Below, in pieces: positions 1 through 7,568 of a stretch of DNA of 32,000 nt. The notes under the pieces are model-generated. The model worked only from the letters and a program-made list of their open reading frames with translations. It ran no database searches and had not been told where the DNA came from. The position numbers and the translations under genes are program-made. The DNA lies in NCBI GenBank assembly GCA_045577075.1, contig JAZNHR010000024.1:10169-42168 (forward strand). The letters are read 5' to 3'. This stretch comes from Clostridia bacterium (GTDB lineage Bacteria > Bacillota > Clostridia > UMGS1883 > UMGS1540). Position 1 is the stretch's first letter; each line of letters begins with the position of its first letter.

Positions 1-2
1 GT

Positions 3-425
3 CACATTTTAGATTCCATGGAGCTTACGGCTGACCTTGCCGTGGAAACAGGCGACGAAAACACCATTTCCATTGACATTACCGGTGACGATATGGGTAT
101 TTTAATCGGCCGCCGCGGCGAAACGCTTTCCGCGCTCCAGTATTTGACAAGCCTTGCCGTAAACCGCCACACGGAAGAATACTACCGCATCGTGCTCGAT
201 ACGGAAAACTATAAAAAGCGCAGAGAAGAAACCTTAAAGCGTCTTGCCAAAAAGCTTGCAGGCAATGCCGTTCGTTACAGAAGAAACGTAACAATGGAAG
301 CGATGAGCCCGTACGAACGGCGCATCATCCATGCAGAACTGCAAAATGACCCCATGGTTTCCACCTATTCCACCGGCGAAGAGCCAAATCGCAAGGTTGT
401 AATTGCGTATAAAGGAAACAGATAA
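3..425 (+). CDS. jag: Jag/KhpB RNA-binding protein, C-terminal part (KH and R3H domains); the 5' end lies left of the window
   Basis: The frame is open from nt 3 to the window edge, upstream of the ATG at 18. A KH-like GILIGRRGETLSALQYL and an R3H-like ERRIIHAELQ are present. It sits directly upstream of mnmE, as in the conserved yidC-jag-mnmE block. Stop TAA 423-425. Confidence 0.85.
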   Translation, partial: HILDSMELTADLAVETGDENTISIDITGDDMGILIGRRGETLSALQYLTSLAVNRHTEEYYRIVLDTENYKKRREETLKRLAKKLAGNAVRYRRNVTMEAMSPYERRIIHAELQNDPMVSTYSTGEEPNRKVVIAYKGNR

Positions 426-441
426 ACGGAGGCGTCTTATT

Positions 442-1803
442 TTGAGAATAGACGATACTATTGCGGCCATCGCCACCCCGAGAGGAACGGGTGGGGTGGC
501 CGTTATCCGCATTAGCGGCCCGGAAGCTTTACACATTGCAGACCGGGTGTTTAAAGGAAAAACAAAACCATCGCTATCTACGCCATATCTTATGCAGTAC
601 GGCAAAATCCATAACGGGGAAAGCATTTTAGATGTGGGGATGTGCGTGTCCATGTTTGCGCCCCATTCCTTTACGGGGGAGAACGTGGCAGAGCTGCACA
701 CCCATGGCGGCGCACATATTACAGAAGTGGTGCTGGATGCAGTGCTCGATGCCGGCGCGCGCCTTGCCATGCCCGGGGAGTTTACACGCCGCGCCTTTAT
801 AAACGGCAAAATGGATTTGGCCGAGGCGGAGGCAGTTGGGGACCTGATTCATGCCCAGGGTGACATGGCGGCAAATGCGGCGGTAAATCAGCTTGAAGGT
901 CGCTTGTCCCAAAAAATCAACGCGATTCGGGACAGCGTCATAGACCTTACCGCCCGCCTTTCGGTAGCGGCAGACTACCCCGAGGAGGATATTGACTATC
1001 TTTCCCTTTCGCAGTTTTCCGCAGAACTTACGGAAATCGGGAAGGCGCTTGACGTTCTTGTTGCCTCGGCCCGTGGTGGCAGAATGGTGCGGGAAGGCGT
1101 TCGCTGTGCCATTGTGGGAAGACCGAATACGGGCAAATCTTCTCTTTTAAACGCCATTGTCGGCACCTACCGCGCCATTGTAACGGACGCGGCAGGGACA
1201 ACGCGGGACATTGTGGAGGAAGTGGTGTCCCTTAGCGGCATTGCCGTAAAGTTTGGGGATACGGCAGGGATTCGCGAAGGGGAAGGGGAAGCGGAAAAGG
1301 TAGGTATTCAGATGGCACGGGACTATGTGCAGGATGCCGACTTTTGCCTTGTTGTCCTCGATAGTGCCCGTGTCGAAGCAGAAGATGCAGAGATTTTGGA
1401 CTTTGTGCAGAATAAGCCCCATATTGTGGTGCTGAATAAAACAGATTTAGCAAACTACGAAGGGAACTTCTCTGCGCCTACGGTGCAGATTTCGACCCTT
1501 ACGGGAGAAGGATTGGACGCTTTGGAAGCGGCAATTTTATCTCTCCTCGATTCGATTTTGGAGGGCGATTCTCTTCGCCGCGCCGATGCGGTGCGCCTTA
1601 CGAATACGCGCCAGCGTGACGCCGCGGTCAAAGCACGGGAATCCGTGTCTATGGCACTTTCTACCATCAAAGACGGCTTTCCGCCGGACCTTGTCGCCGT
1701 GGACTTGGAAAATGCGGCGGCACATCTTGGCGAAATCGTCGGCCTGTCTGTATCCGACGAGGTCATCAGCAGAATATTTGAAAAGTTTTGTTTGGGGAAA
1801 TAA
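442..1803 (+). CDS. mnmE: tRNA modification GTPase MnmE (TrmE)
   Basis: N-terminal IAAIATPRGTGGVAVIRISG; G-domain GRPNTGKSSLLN, DTAGIRE and NKTD; diagnostic C-terminal CLGK. Start moved from the ORF-track TTG 403, which overlaps jag, to the in-frame TTG 442 that has GGAGG at 428-432. Confidence 0.93.
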   Translation: MRIDDTIAAIATPRGTGGVAVIRISGPEALHIADRVFKGKTKPSLSTPYLMQYGKIHNGESILDVGMCVSMFAPHSFTGENVAELHTHGGAHITEVVLDAVLDAGARLAMPGEFTRRAFINGKMDLAEAEAVGDLIHAQGDMAANAAVNQLEGRLSQKINAIRDSVIDLTARLSVAADYPEEDIDYLSLSQFSAELTEIGKALDVLVASARGGRMVREGVRCAIVGRPNTGKSSLLNAIVGTYRAIVTDAAGTTRDIVEEVVSLSGIAVKFGDTAGIREGEGEAEKVGIQMARDYVQDADFCLVVLDSARVEAEDAEILDFVQNKPHIVVLNKTDLANYEGNFSAPTVQISTLTGEGLDALEAAILSLLDSILEGDSLRRADAVRLTNTRQRDAAVKARESVSMALSTIKDGFPPDLVAVDLENAAAHLGEIVGLSVSDEVISRIFEKFCLGK

Positions 1804-1833
1804 AATAGCAGGCTTTCGAGCCTGCTATTTTTT
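1804..1833. terminator. Bidirectional rho-independent terminator between convergent mnmE and the HAD-GtrA gene
   Basis: Perfect 11-bp stem AATAGCAGGCT (1804-1814) / AGCCTGCTATT (1819-1829), loop TTCG, followed by a T-run. An A-rich flank on the other side serves the minus strand. Confidence 0.75.
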
Positions 1834-2787
1834 AAAGGTAAAAAGTTTCATTAAAATGTAGGTAAGCGGCACGCCGATTATCGCCGCGGCAAGGTAGGAA
1901 AGTGTTTCCGAAAGACCGCAAATATCGTGCAGTAGCCACACGGAGGCACATTGCACCAGAAAATTGGGGATATAGGAAACGGCGTATTTGAAAAACCGAC
2001 CGAAAGACGGGCGCTTTTTAAACGTAAAGCCACAGTTTAGGAAAAAGGATAAAAGAAGCGTGGTGAAGTACCCGAGGGCAAAGGCAGGCACAGCCAGGGG
2101 AATGAGACTGCCATAAAGGATGGAAAAAACTGTGGTCAGCACGGTACTGAGCCCCCCGACCAGCAAGAATCGAATGAAGGATGGGGCGAGGAAGGTGCGC
2201 TTTATACGGGAAAAGGCGGAAGGAACATAGCTTTCCCATGGAATCAGCGTTTCCCCTTTTACAATGTAGCTTTTTTCGGCAAGACGGGAGAGGGGCGTGT
2301 CGGAAAGGGAGTCGGAGAAAAACGATTCGATTTTGCCTTCGGGATGCACCTCGAAAAATCGGGGCGGCTTTTCCTCACCGTAGCAGTTTTCGCCCGTATA
2401 TTTTCCCGTTTTCATATCTACCCGAGAGGCAATGGGCGCATTAAGCCCCAATTTTTTTAAAGGGATTTCCAAAAGAAAGGCGGGAGATGCGGAAACAATC
2501 ACATCGTCCGGTTGTTTTTCGGCAAAATACCATTTCTTAATTTTACAAAAATGGCTGTCCCAAAATTCTGTTACCGCTTTCTCCATGTCGGGCACTGCGC
2601 GAAAGAAACGGTAAAACCGTTCTTTAAATGCGGTTTTCCGGAGAAAGCCTGCGGCAAAGCGCAAAAAATGCCAGAGCTGGAAAGGCCAGTACAGGGCAAT
2701 CCGGGGATACTTTTTCAAGCAGAAAAAGTAAAAATCCCGGGTACTGTCTCCGTCATATATGGTTTCGTCAAAATCAAATACGTTCAT
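1825..2787 (-). CDS. Fusion protein: N-terminal HAD-superfamily (IB-like) hydrolase plus C-terminal GtrA-family membrane domain
   Basis: HAD motif I is FDFDETIYDGDS. The C-terminal ~120 aa show the GtrA pattern (RFLLVGGLSTVL, FFLNCGFTFKK, LMKLFTFKK) with about 4 hydrophobic helices. Start set at ATG 2787, with GAGAGG 8 nt upstream, not ORF-track 2928, which would run through the divergent promoter region. Confidence 0.75.
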   Translation of the reverse strand: MNVFDFDETIYDGDSTRDFYFFCLKKYPRIALYWPFQLWHFLRFAAGFLRKTAFKERFYRFFRAVPDMEKAVTEFWDSHFCKIKKWYFAEKQPDDVIVSASPAFLLEIPLKKLGLNAPIASRVDMKTGKYTGENCYGEEKPPRFFEVHPEGKIESFFSDSLSDTPLSRLAEKSYIVKGETLIPWESYVPSAFSRIKRTFLAPSFIRFLLVGGLSTVLTTVFSILYGSLIPLAVPAFALGYFTTLLLSFFLNCGFTFKKRPSFGRFFKYAVSYIPNFLVQCASVWLLHDICGLSETLSYLAAAIIGVPLTYILMKLFTFKK

Positions 2788-2817
2788 GCAAAAAACCTCT
2801 CTGCAAGTTTTTTCCTG

Positions 2818-2846
2818 ATTATACCATAGATACGGACGAAAGTCAA
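2818..2846 (-). promoter_or_regulatory. Sigma-A-type promoter for the HAD-GtrA gene
   Basis: On the minus strand: TTGACT (2846-2841), 17 nt, TATAAT (2823-2818), with a TGn extended -10. Confidence 0.55.
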
Positions 2847-2883
2847 ACTTTCCGCACGGCAAAAAATACTGCTTAGAGATAGG

Positions 2884-2912
2884 TTGACAAGAAAGGAAAA
2901 ATATGATATACT
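2884..2912 (+). promoter_or_regulatory. Sigma-A-type promoter for the GH28-like gene
   Basis: TTGACA (2884-2889), 17 nt, TATACT (2907-2912), with TG at 2904-2905 as an extended -10. The TTG of this -35 box is the ORF-track start codon. Confidence 0.6.
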
Positions 2913-2949
2913 CACCTTGATAAAACACAGAAAAGAAAGGACAAGGCTT

Positions 2950-4284
2950 ATGTATAATGTTAGAGATTACGGTGCTGTCGGCGACGGCATTGCTTTAGAC
3001 TCCAAAAGCATTCAAAAGGCAATTGATGCATGCGCCGCTGCCGGCGGTGGGACGGTTGTCATTCCGCCGGGGCAGTATGTCTGCGGCACAATGCATTTTA
3101 AATCCCATGTGCATGTAATCATTGAAAAGGGTGCAACGATTTTTGGCAGTAAAAATATTTCGGATTTTGACCCGATGGAAGAAAATCCGTCTAACGCGCT
3201 TTACCAGGACATCAGTCACAGCTATTTTCACCACAGCCTTTTCCATGCCGACGAGGTGTGTGACATTGCACTTACAGGCTACGGCACCATTGATATGCAG
3301 TCCATTTGGGAAATCTATCCCGTCCCGGAAGAAATGTGGTGCAGAGCGTGCAAAATTGTAGCCTTTAAAAACTGTAAGGATGTTGCGATTAAAGAACTGA
3401 CCATGAGAAACGCCACCGACCTTGCGGTATACCTCGCAGGCTGTGAAAACGTAATTGTAACAGGCCTGAATTTATATGTACATATTGACGGCATTAGCCC
3501 TGATAGCTGTAAAAACGTTGTAATTTCCGATTGCATCATTAGCGCCGGGGATGACGCCATTGTGCCCAAAACCTCCTTTACGCTGGGCAAATATAAGTAC
3601 ATGGAAAACCTTGTAATTTCAAACTGCGTCGTCACAAGCCGTTGTAACGGCATTAAATTCGGAACGGAAACACATACAGGGTATCGAAATGTCTCCATTA
3701 CCGGCTGCGTCATTCATAACACCCTCCTTTCCGGCATTGCAATCGAATCGGTTGACGGTGCACATGTAGAAGGCTTTTCCATTTCCAACATTACCATGCG
3801 AAATGTCGGAAATCCCCTTTTGATTATGGTCTTAAACCGTGCAAACGGACCTGAAGGCACCACAATCGGCGAAATCAAGAATGTTTCCATTTCCAACATG
3901 ACAATTACGGGCCCTTATGAAAAGTGGGATGCCCCCAGCCAGAACTATTGGAGCTTCATTAAGGAAAATGACACCCTTACGCCGAAAACATATCCGTTTA
4001 TCATAATCGGCCAGGAGAACAGCACAATTAAGAATCTGTCGCTCTCCAATATTCAGTTTACGGCTGAGGGCGGCGGCACAGAGGAAGACAGAAAGGCAAT
4101 CATCCCCGACCTTCGTGACGGCTATCCCGAGTGCGATGCTATCGGCAAAACGAGCCCCGTATACGGCATGATTGCAAGATATGTGGATAATTTAAAACTC
4201 TATAATGTAGAGTTCTTTACTGAAAAAGAAGATGCGCGCGATGCGATTTATCTCGACAAGATAACGGGATATAAGAACGTATAG
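2950..4284 (+). CDS. Glycoside hydrolase family 28-like protein (polygalacturonase / pectate-lyase-fold beta-helix), apparently cytoplasmic
   Basis: N-terminal VRDYGAVGDG...SIQKAIDA signature. GH28-like catalytic stretch HIDGISPD, AGDDAIVPK and NGIKFGTE, with repetitive beta-helix turns. No signal peptide. ATG 2950 lies downstream of the promoter at 2884-2912. Confidence 0.8.
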   Translation: MYNVRDYGAVGDGIALDSKSIQKAIDACAAAGGGTVVIPPGQYVCGTMHFKSHVHVIIEKGATIFGSKNISDFDPMEENPSNALYQDISHSYFHHSLFHADEVCDIALTGYGTIDMQSIWEIYPVPEEMWCRACKIVAFKNCKDVAIKELTMRNATDLAVYLAGCENVIVTGLNLYVHIDGISPDSCKNVVISDCIISAGDDAIVPKTSFTLGKYKYMENLVISNCVVTSRCNGIKFGTETHTGYRNVSITGCVIHNTLLSGIAIESVDGAHVEGFSISNITMRNVGNPLLIMVLNRANGPEGTTIGEIKNVSISNMTITGPYEKWDAPSQNYWSFIKENDTLTPKTYPFIIIGQENSTIKNLSLSNIQFTAEGGGTEEDRKAIIPDLRDGYPECDAIGKTSPVYGMIARYVDNLKLYNVEFFTEKEDARDAIYLDKITGYKNV

Positions 4285-4292
4285 CGAAGAAA

Positions 4293-4330
4293 GCGGCACA
4301 GCCCAAACGGACTGTGCCGAATCTTTTTTG
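4293..4330 (+). terminator. Rho-independent terminator after the GH28-like gene
   Basis: Stem CGGCACAG (4295-4302) / CTGTGCCG (4312-4319), then TTTTTT at 4324-4329. Confidence 0.7.
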
Positions 4331-4362
4331 TTAAAAAGTAGGCGAAAAATGACGAAAACTAG

Positions 4363-4391
4363 TTGACATTGTCACCCGAATATGATAGAAT
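4363..4391 (+). promoter_or_regulatory. Sigma-A-type promoter for the coiled-coil protein gene
   Basis: TTGACA (4363-4368), 17 nt, TAGAAT (4386-4391), with TG at 4383-4384 as an extended -10. Confidence 0.6.
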
Positions 4392-4445
4392 ACAAAAGAA
4401 CATATATGTATACGTGTTATTTTTGGCGGTAGGAGGATTTGAAAA

Positions 4446-4886
4446 ATGGAAATCTTTGACGTAATTGACCAGCTGGAAGACTTAATTGAAAACAGCTTTA
4501 CTTTACCGATTTTTCACAAGACAATGATTGATAAAGAAGATTTCATGGAGCTCATTAGCGATATTCGCCTGCGCCTTCCCGAAGATTTAAAGAAGGCGAA
4601 GTGGGTTACTGAACAGCGTACCACAATCATGGAAGAAGCACACAAGGAAGCGGCAGACATTATCCGCAGCGCAGAAGACCAGAAGCAGCAGCTTGTAAAC
4701 GAGCATGAAATCACGAAGAAGGCATATGACCAGGCAAACGAAGTGCTGGCAAATGCCCAGAAGAATGCACGTGAAATTCGCCTCGGCGCACGGCAGTATG
4801 CTGATGATGTGCTGGCAAGCATTGAGAATAGACTCGGTAATTTGGCATCGGAAATTCATGCCGGCCGTGAAGAATTACGTAAATAA
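4446..4886 (+). CDS. Conserved coiled-coil protein of unknown function (ATP-synthase b/H-subunit-like helical repeat pattern)
   Basis: ATG 4446 has AGGAGG at 4431-4436. The 146-aa product is highly charged, with heptad-like stretches (KEAADIIRSAEDQKQQL..., AQKNAREIRLGARQYADDVL). I recall similar small proteins in Clostridia, usually annotated hypothetical or ATPase-like. No catalytic motif is visible. Confidence 0.6.
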   Translation: MEIFDVIDQLEDLIENSFTLPIFHKTMIDKEDFMELISDIRLRLPEDLKKAKWVTEQRTTIMEEAHKEAADIIRSAEDQKQQLVNEHEITKKAYDQANEVLANAQKNAREIRLGARQYADDVLASIENRLGNLASEIHAGREELRK

Positions 4887-4896
4887 GCGAAAAACC

Positions 4897-4930
4897 AAAA
4901 GGGAGTGTAAAAAATACACTCCCTTTTTTG
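4897..4930 (+). terminator. Rho-independent terminator after the coiled-coil protein gene
   Basis: Stem GGGAGTGTA (4901-4909) / TACACTCCC (4915-4923), then TTTTTT at 4924-4929. Confidence 0.75.
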
Positions 4931-5573
4931 TGATATAATCCCCTTAGAGTAGACACTTGAAATAACAAAAACATTAAAATAATTGCTGTGTCAAATTATC
5001 TTTCCGGATGCTATTCTTTAAGAGATGTATGTAAAAAATATGGGATATCAGATACAGGACTACTCAGATTGGATAAAGGTGTATAATGATAGTCATAAAA
5101 AATTGAAAGAGGTGGGAAGGAGGTATCGTTGAGCGGAGTAAGATTTGGATTTACATGCATTGCTATTAAAGAATTAGATGTACCTGCATTTCAGTATGAT
5201 ATGGATGAAAAGGCATATTTAAGTGCGATTCTTGATTTGTGCGATTGAAGAATTGTTTCTTTCGTATTAGGTCACAAAAGCAACAACAAACTTGTTTTTG
5301 AAACCTTTGATATTGCAATTTCAGAAAATCCTGGGGCTACACCTCTGTTTCATAGTGACAGAGGATTTCAATATACAAGTCCTGCTTTTAAAAACAAACT
5401 TCAGCAAGCGCATATGATTTAAAGCATGTCGAGAGTTGGCAAATGTATAGATAACAGATCAATGGAGTATCACGAGTTAATGGCAGCATAAAAATATACA
5501 CCCCACAAAAATGTGGGATGCATATCATAAAATTTTTGTTATTTACACTGTCTACTTGACAGAGATGGGTTCA
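4931..5573 (+). mobile_element. Decayed, internally deleted IS3-family insertion sequence (about 640 bp)
   Basis: It begins with TG (TGATATAATCCCCTTAGAG...) and ends with CA (...GGGTTCA), as IS3 ends do. The right end (5533-5573) is a diverged inverted copy of the left end (4931-4973). Inside are frameshifted OrfA HTH fragments (CKKYGISDTGLL / YSDWIKVYN) and OrfB DDE fragments. It is clearly more AT-rich than the flanks. Confidence 0.8.
5147..5491 (+). pseudogene. IS3-family transposase OrfB (DDE) remnant with in-frame stops
   Basis: A single frame reads KAYLSAILDLCD*RIVSFVLGHKSN...PLFHSDRGFQYTSPAFKNKLQQAHMI*SMSRVGKCIDNRSMEY. HSDRGxQYTS and SMSRxGxCxDN are typical IS3/IS150 OrfB motifs. In-frame stops are TGA at 5246 and TAA near 5420. 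Both the N- and C-termini are missing. Confidence 0.8.
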
Positions 5574-5606
5574 AAAAGGGGATGTAAAATAATTACACCC
5601 CCTTTT
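5573..5606 (-). terminator. Rho-independent terminator of ftsZ (end of the dcw operon)
   Basis: Stem GGGGATGTAA (5578-5587) / TTACACCCCC (5593-5602) with one mismatch, flanked by AAAAA and TTTT. On the minus strand the hairpin is followed by a U-run. It directly abuts the IS remnant end at 5573. Confidence 0.7.
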
Positions 5607-5622
5607 AAATATCTTTTATCTT

Positions 5623-6711
5623 TTAGAATTCAGCCTTCTTCATAAATCCGGGAAGCTGTAAGTCTTCCGTTCCAAAGTTTGTGGGCTCGGAAGACGTCTG
5701 CGGTGTGATGCCCATGGGCTTTGTGAAGTCCGGCACCTTCAGGTCGTCCAAATCCTTCTTCTTGGAGGAATTGCAGCCCGTTGCGATAACGGTGATGGAA
5801 ATTTCGTCACCCATCTTTTCATCGATTGCCATACCGAAAATAACTTCCGCATTGGCATCTGCACAGCTATGTATAAGGTTTGCTGCAGCGTTGACTTCGA
5901 GAAGGGTAAGTTCCTCGCCACCGGTCACGTTAATGAGAATACCGGTTGCGCCGTCAATAGAGGTTTCGAGAAGCGGGCTTGCGATTGCCATGCGTGCCGC
6001 TTCTTCGGCGCGGTTATCGCCGGAAGCACGGCCAATGCCCATGTGTGCAAAGCCTGCGTCCTTCATGATTCTGGTAACGTCCGCAAAGTCAGCGTTCATG
6101 TCGCCTGCGGTGTTAATGAGTTCGGAAATACCGGAAACACCCTGACGGAGCGTTTCGTCTGCCATTTTGAAAGCTTCCTTCACGGTGGTCTTTGCGCTAC
6201 AAAGCTGGAGAAGCTTGTCGTTGGGGATTACGATGATGGTATCTACCGCTTCACGAAGGGCGGCAATACCCTCTTCTGCCTGGTTCATGCGGCGCTTAAG
6301 CTCGAAGGAGAAGGGCTTTGTAACAATACCGACTGTTAAAATGCCTTTTTCCTTGGCAATGGAAGCTACAACGGGAGCTGCACCCGTACCGGTACCGCCG
6401 CCCATGCCGGCTGTAACGAATACCATGTCTGCATCTTCCAGAATTTTTTCAATTTCGCCGCGGCTTTCTTCCGCAGCCTTACGGCCAATGTCAGGATTTG
6501 CGCCTGCGCCCTGACCCTTTGTAATTTTTTCACCAATCTGAATCGTCTTATCTGCTTTTGAACAGGTCAGTGCCTGCTTGTCCGTATTGATTGCAACAAA
6601 TTCTACACCGCGAATGCCGTTTTCAACCATGCGGTTTACAGCGTTACCGCCGCCGCCACCTACACCGACAACTTTAATAACCTGTGCCAAGTTCATATCA
6701 TCCAAAGCCAT
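5623..6711 (-). CDS. ftsZ: Cell division protein FtsZ
   Basis: [14 protein letters not shown] and the tubulin signature [16 protein letters not shown] 6711 is preceded by AAGGAGG. The C-terminal tail is [12 protein letters not shown]. Confidence 0.97.
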   Translation of the reverse strand: MALDDMNLAQVIKVVGVGGGGGNAVNRMVENGIRGVEFVAINTDKQALTCSKADKTIQIGEKITKGQGAGANPDIGRKAAEESRGEIEKILEDADMVFVTAGMGGGTGTGAAPVVASIAKEKGILTVGIVTKPFSFELKRRMNQAEEGIAALREAVDTIIVIPNDKLLQLCSAKTTVKEAFKMADETLRQGVSGISELINTAGDMNADFADVTRIMKDAGFAHMGIGRASGDNRAEEAARMAIASPLLETSIDGATGILINVTGGEELTLLEVNAAANLIHSCADANAEVIFGMAIDEKMGDEISITVIATGCNSSKKKDLDDLKVPDFTKPMGITPQTSSEPTNFGTEDLQLPGFMKKAEF

Positions 6712-6741
6712 GTTATATCCTCCTTAGTCTTTATCTATTTT

Positions 6742-6770
6742 ATTGTATCGCTTTTTGCACATTTATGCAA
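6742..6770 (-). promoter_or_regulatory. Sigma-A-type internal promoter upstream of ftsZ
   Basis: On the minus strand: TTGCAT (6770-6765), 17 nt, TACAAT (6747-6742), within the 99-nt AT-rich ftsQ-ftsZ spacer. Confidence 0.5.
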
Positions 6771-6810
6771 GAGAAATTTGAAAATTTTTATGTTTTTTTT
6801 TGAAATTTTT

Positions 6811-7545
6811 TTAGTTTTTGTTTTGCCGATAGGAAAATTGTCCGTCTCCCGTCCATTTCAGCACGCCGCTGCTGTCTTTATTGATGCCGGCATGGCCACC
6901 GTTTAGAATATTCCGGCAAAGCTGGAACTTGTAGGAAAGCTCGTCCATACCGCCAAGATGAATCTCAAGCCCCGTTTTTGTTTCCAGTACCACCTCCAGA
7001 GCAGAAGCAATCCGAATTGCGCGAAGCTGTACCTTTAAATCCGTCTTCTCCACTTCCGCAAAAAGAAGCACCAGGTTTTCTAAAAACCGTTCGTCCTCCA
7101 TGACGATAGCTTGTCCTGGCGCAGCGTTTGCGACACCGCTGCCGCTGACAATGCAGATATCTTCTTCCTCGGGCGTCAGACGAAGGACTCTGCCCGTATT
7201 ATCAATCACCGCATATCCGCCGGGGCACACCACCGCCGCCGCCTCTTTGCGTTCCACGACGGTGACGGAAACTCTTGCCGGAAATTTTCGTTTGACCTCA
7301 GCAGTCAAGATATACGGCAGCGCTTCGATTTTCTCCTTTGCCTTTTTCATGGACACCCGGTAGATATTGGTGCCAATGGGGAGCGTCCCTGTTGCCATGA
7401 TTTCCTCTGTTGTAACCTGGTCATTGCCGGTAACAGTTACGGAAGAAATATTTAAAATGGGAAGGGTAAGTGTAACCGTTACCGCAATGATGAAAAGCAA
7501 AATCAGCAAAAGAATGCCGCCGGTTTTTCTGCGTTGTCTTGCCAT
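6811..7545 (-). CDS. ftsQ: Cell division protein FtsQ/DivIB (POTRA domain)
   Basis: Basic N-terminus, a single TM (GGILLLILLFIIAVTVTL) and a POTRA-like ISSVTVTGNDQVTTEEI. Its position just upstream of ftsZ fits. ATG 7545 is preceded by GGAGGA. Confidence 0.85.
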   Translation of the reverse strand: MARQRRKTGGILLLILLFIIAVTVTLTLPILNISSVTVTGNDQVTTEEIMATGTLPIGTNIYRVSMKKAKEKIEALPYILTAEVKRKFPARVSVTVVERKEAAAVVCPGGYAVIDNTGRVLRLTPEEEDICIVSGSGVANAAPGQAIVMEDERFLENLVLLFAEVEKTDLKVQLRAIRIASALEVVLETKTGLEIHLGGMDELSYKFQLCRNILNGGHAGINKDSSGVLKWTGDGQFSYRQNKN

Positions 7546-7568
7546 ACTTTTCCTCCAGTTTATTTTTG

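Noticed and set aside
2884-2949. ORF-track N-terminal extensions (2884-2949 of the GH28 gene; likewise 19182-19256 of htrA, 2788-2928 of the HAD-GtrA gene, 11138-11245 of ftsW, 18979-19014 of mraZ, 24038-24091 of cwlD and 31193-31234 of the lipoprotein gene)
   Set aside because: - These extensions start at TTG/GTG codons without an SD.
- Two of them (2884 and 19182) are the TTG of -35 hexamers.
- Others overlap the upstream gene or a promoter.
- Downstream in-frame starts have good SD sequences and give native-looking N-termini.
4897-5606. The two similar-looking terminator hairpins flanking the IS remnant (GGGAGTGTA...TACACTCCC and GGGGATGTAA...TTACACCCCC) as a duplicated target site
   Set aside because: - They share only a general resemblance of roughly 70 percent.
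- IS3-family elements make 3-5 bp duplications.
- Each hairpin is explained as the terminator of its own convergent gene.
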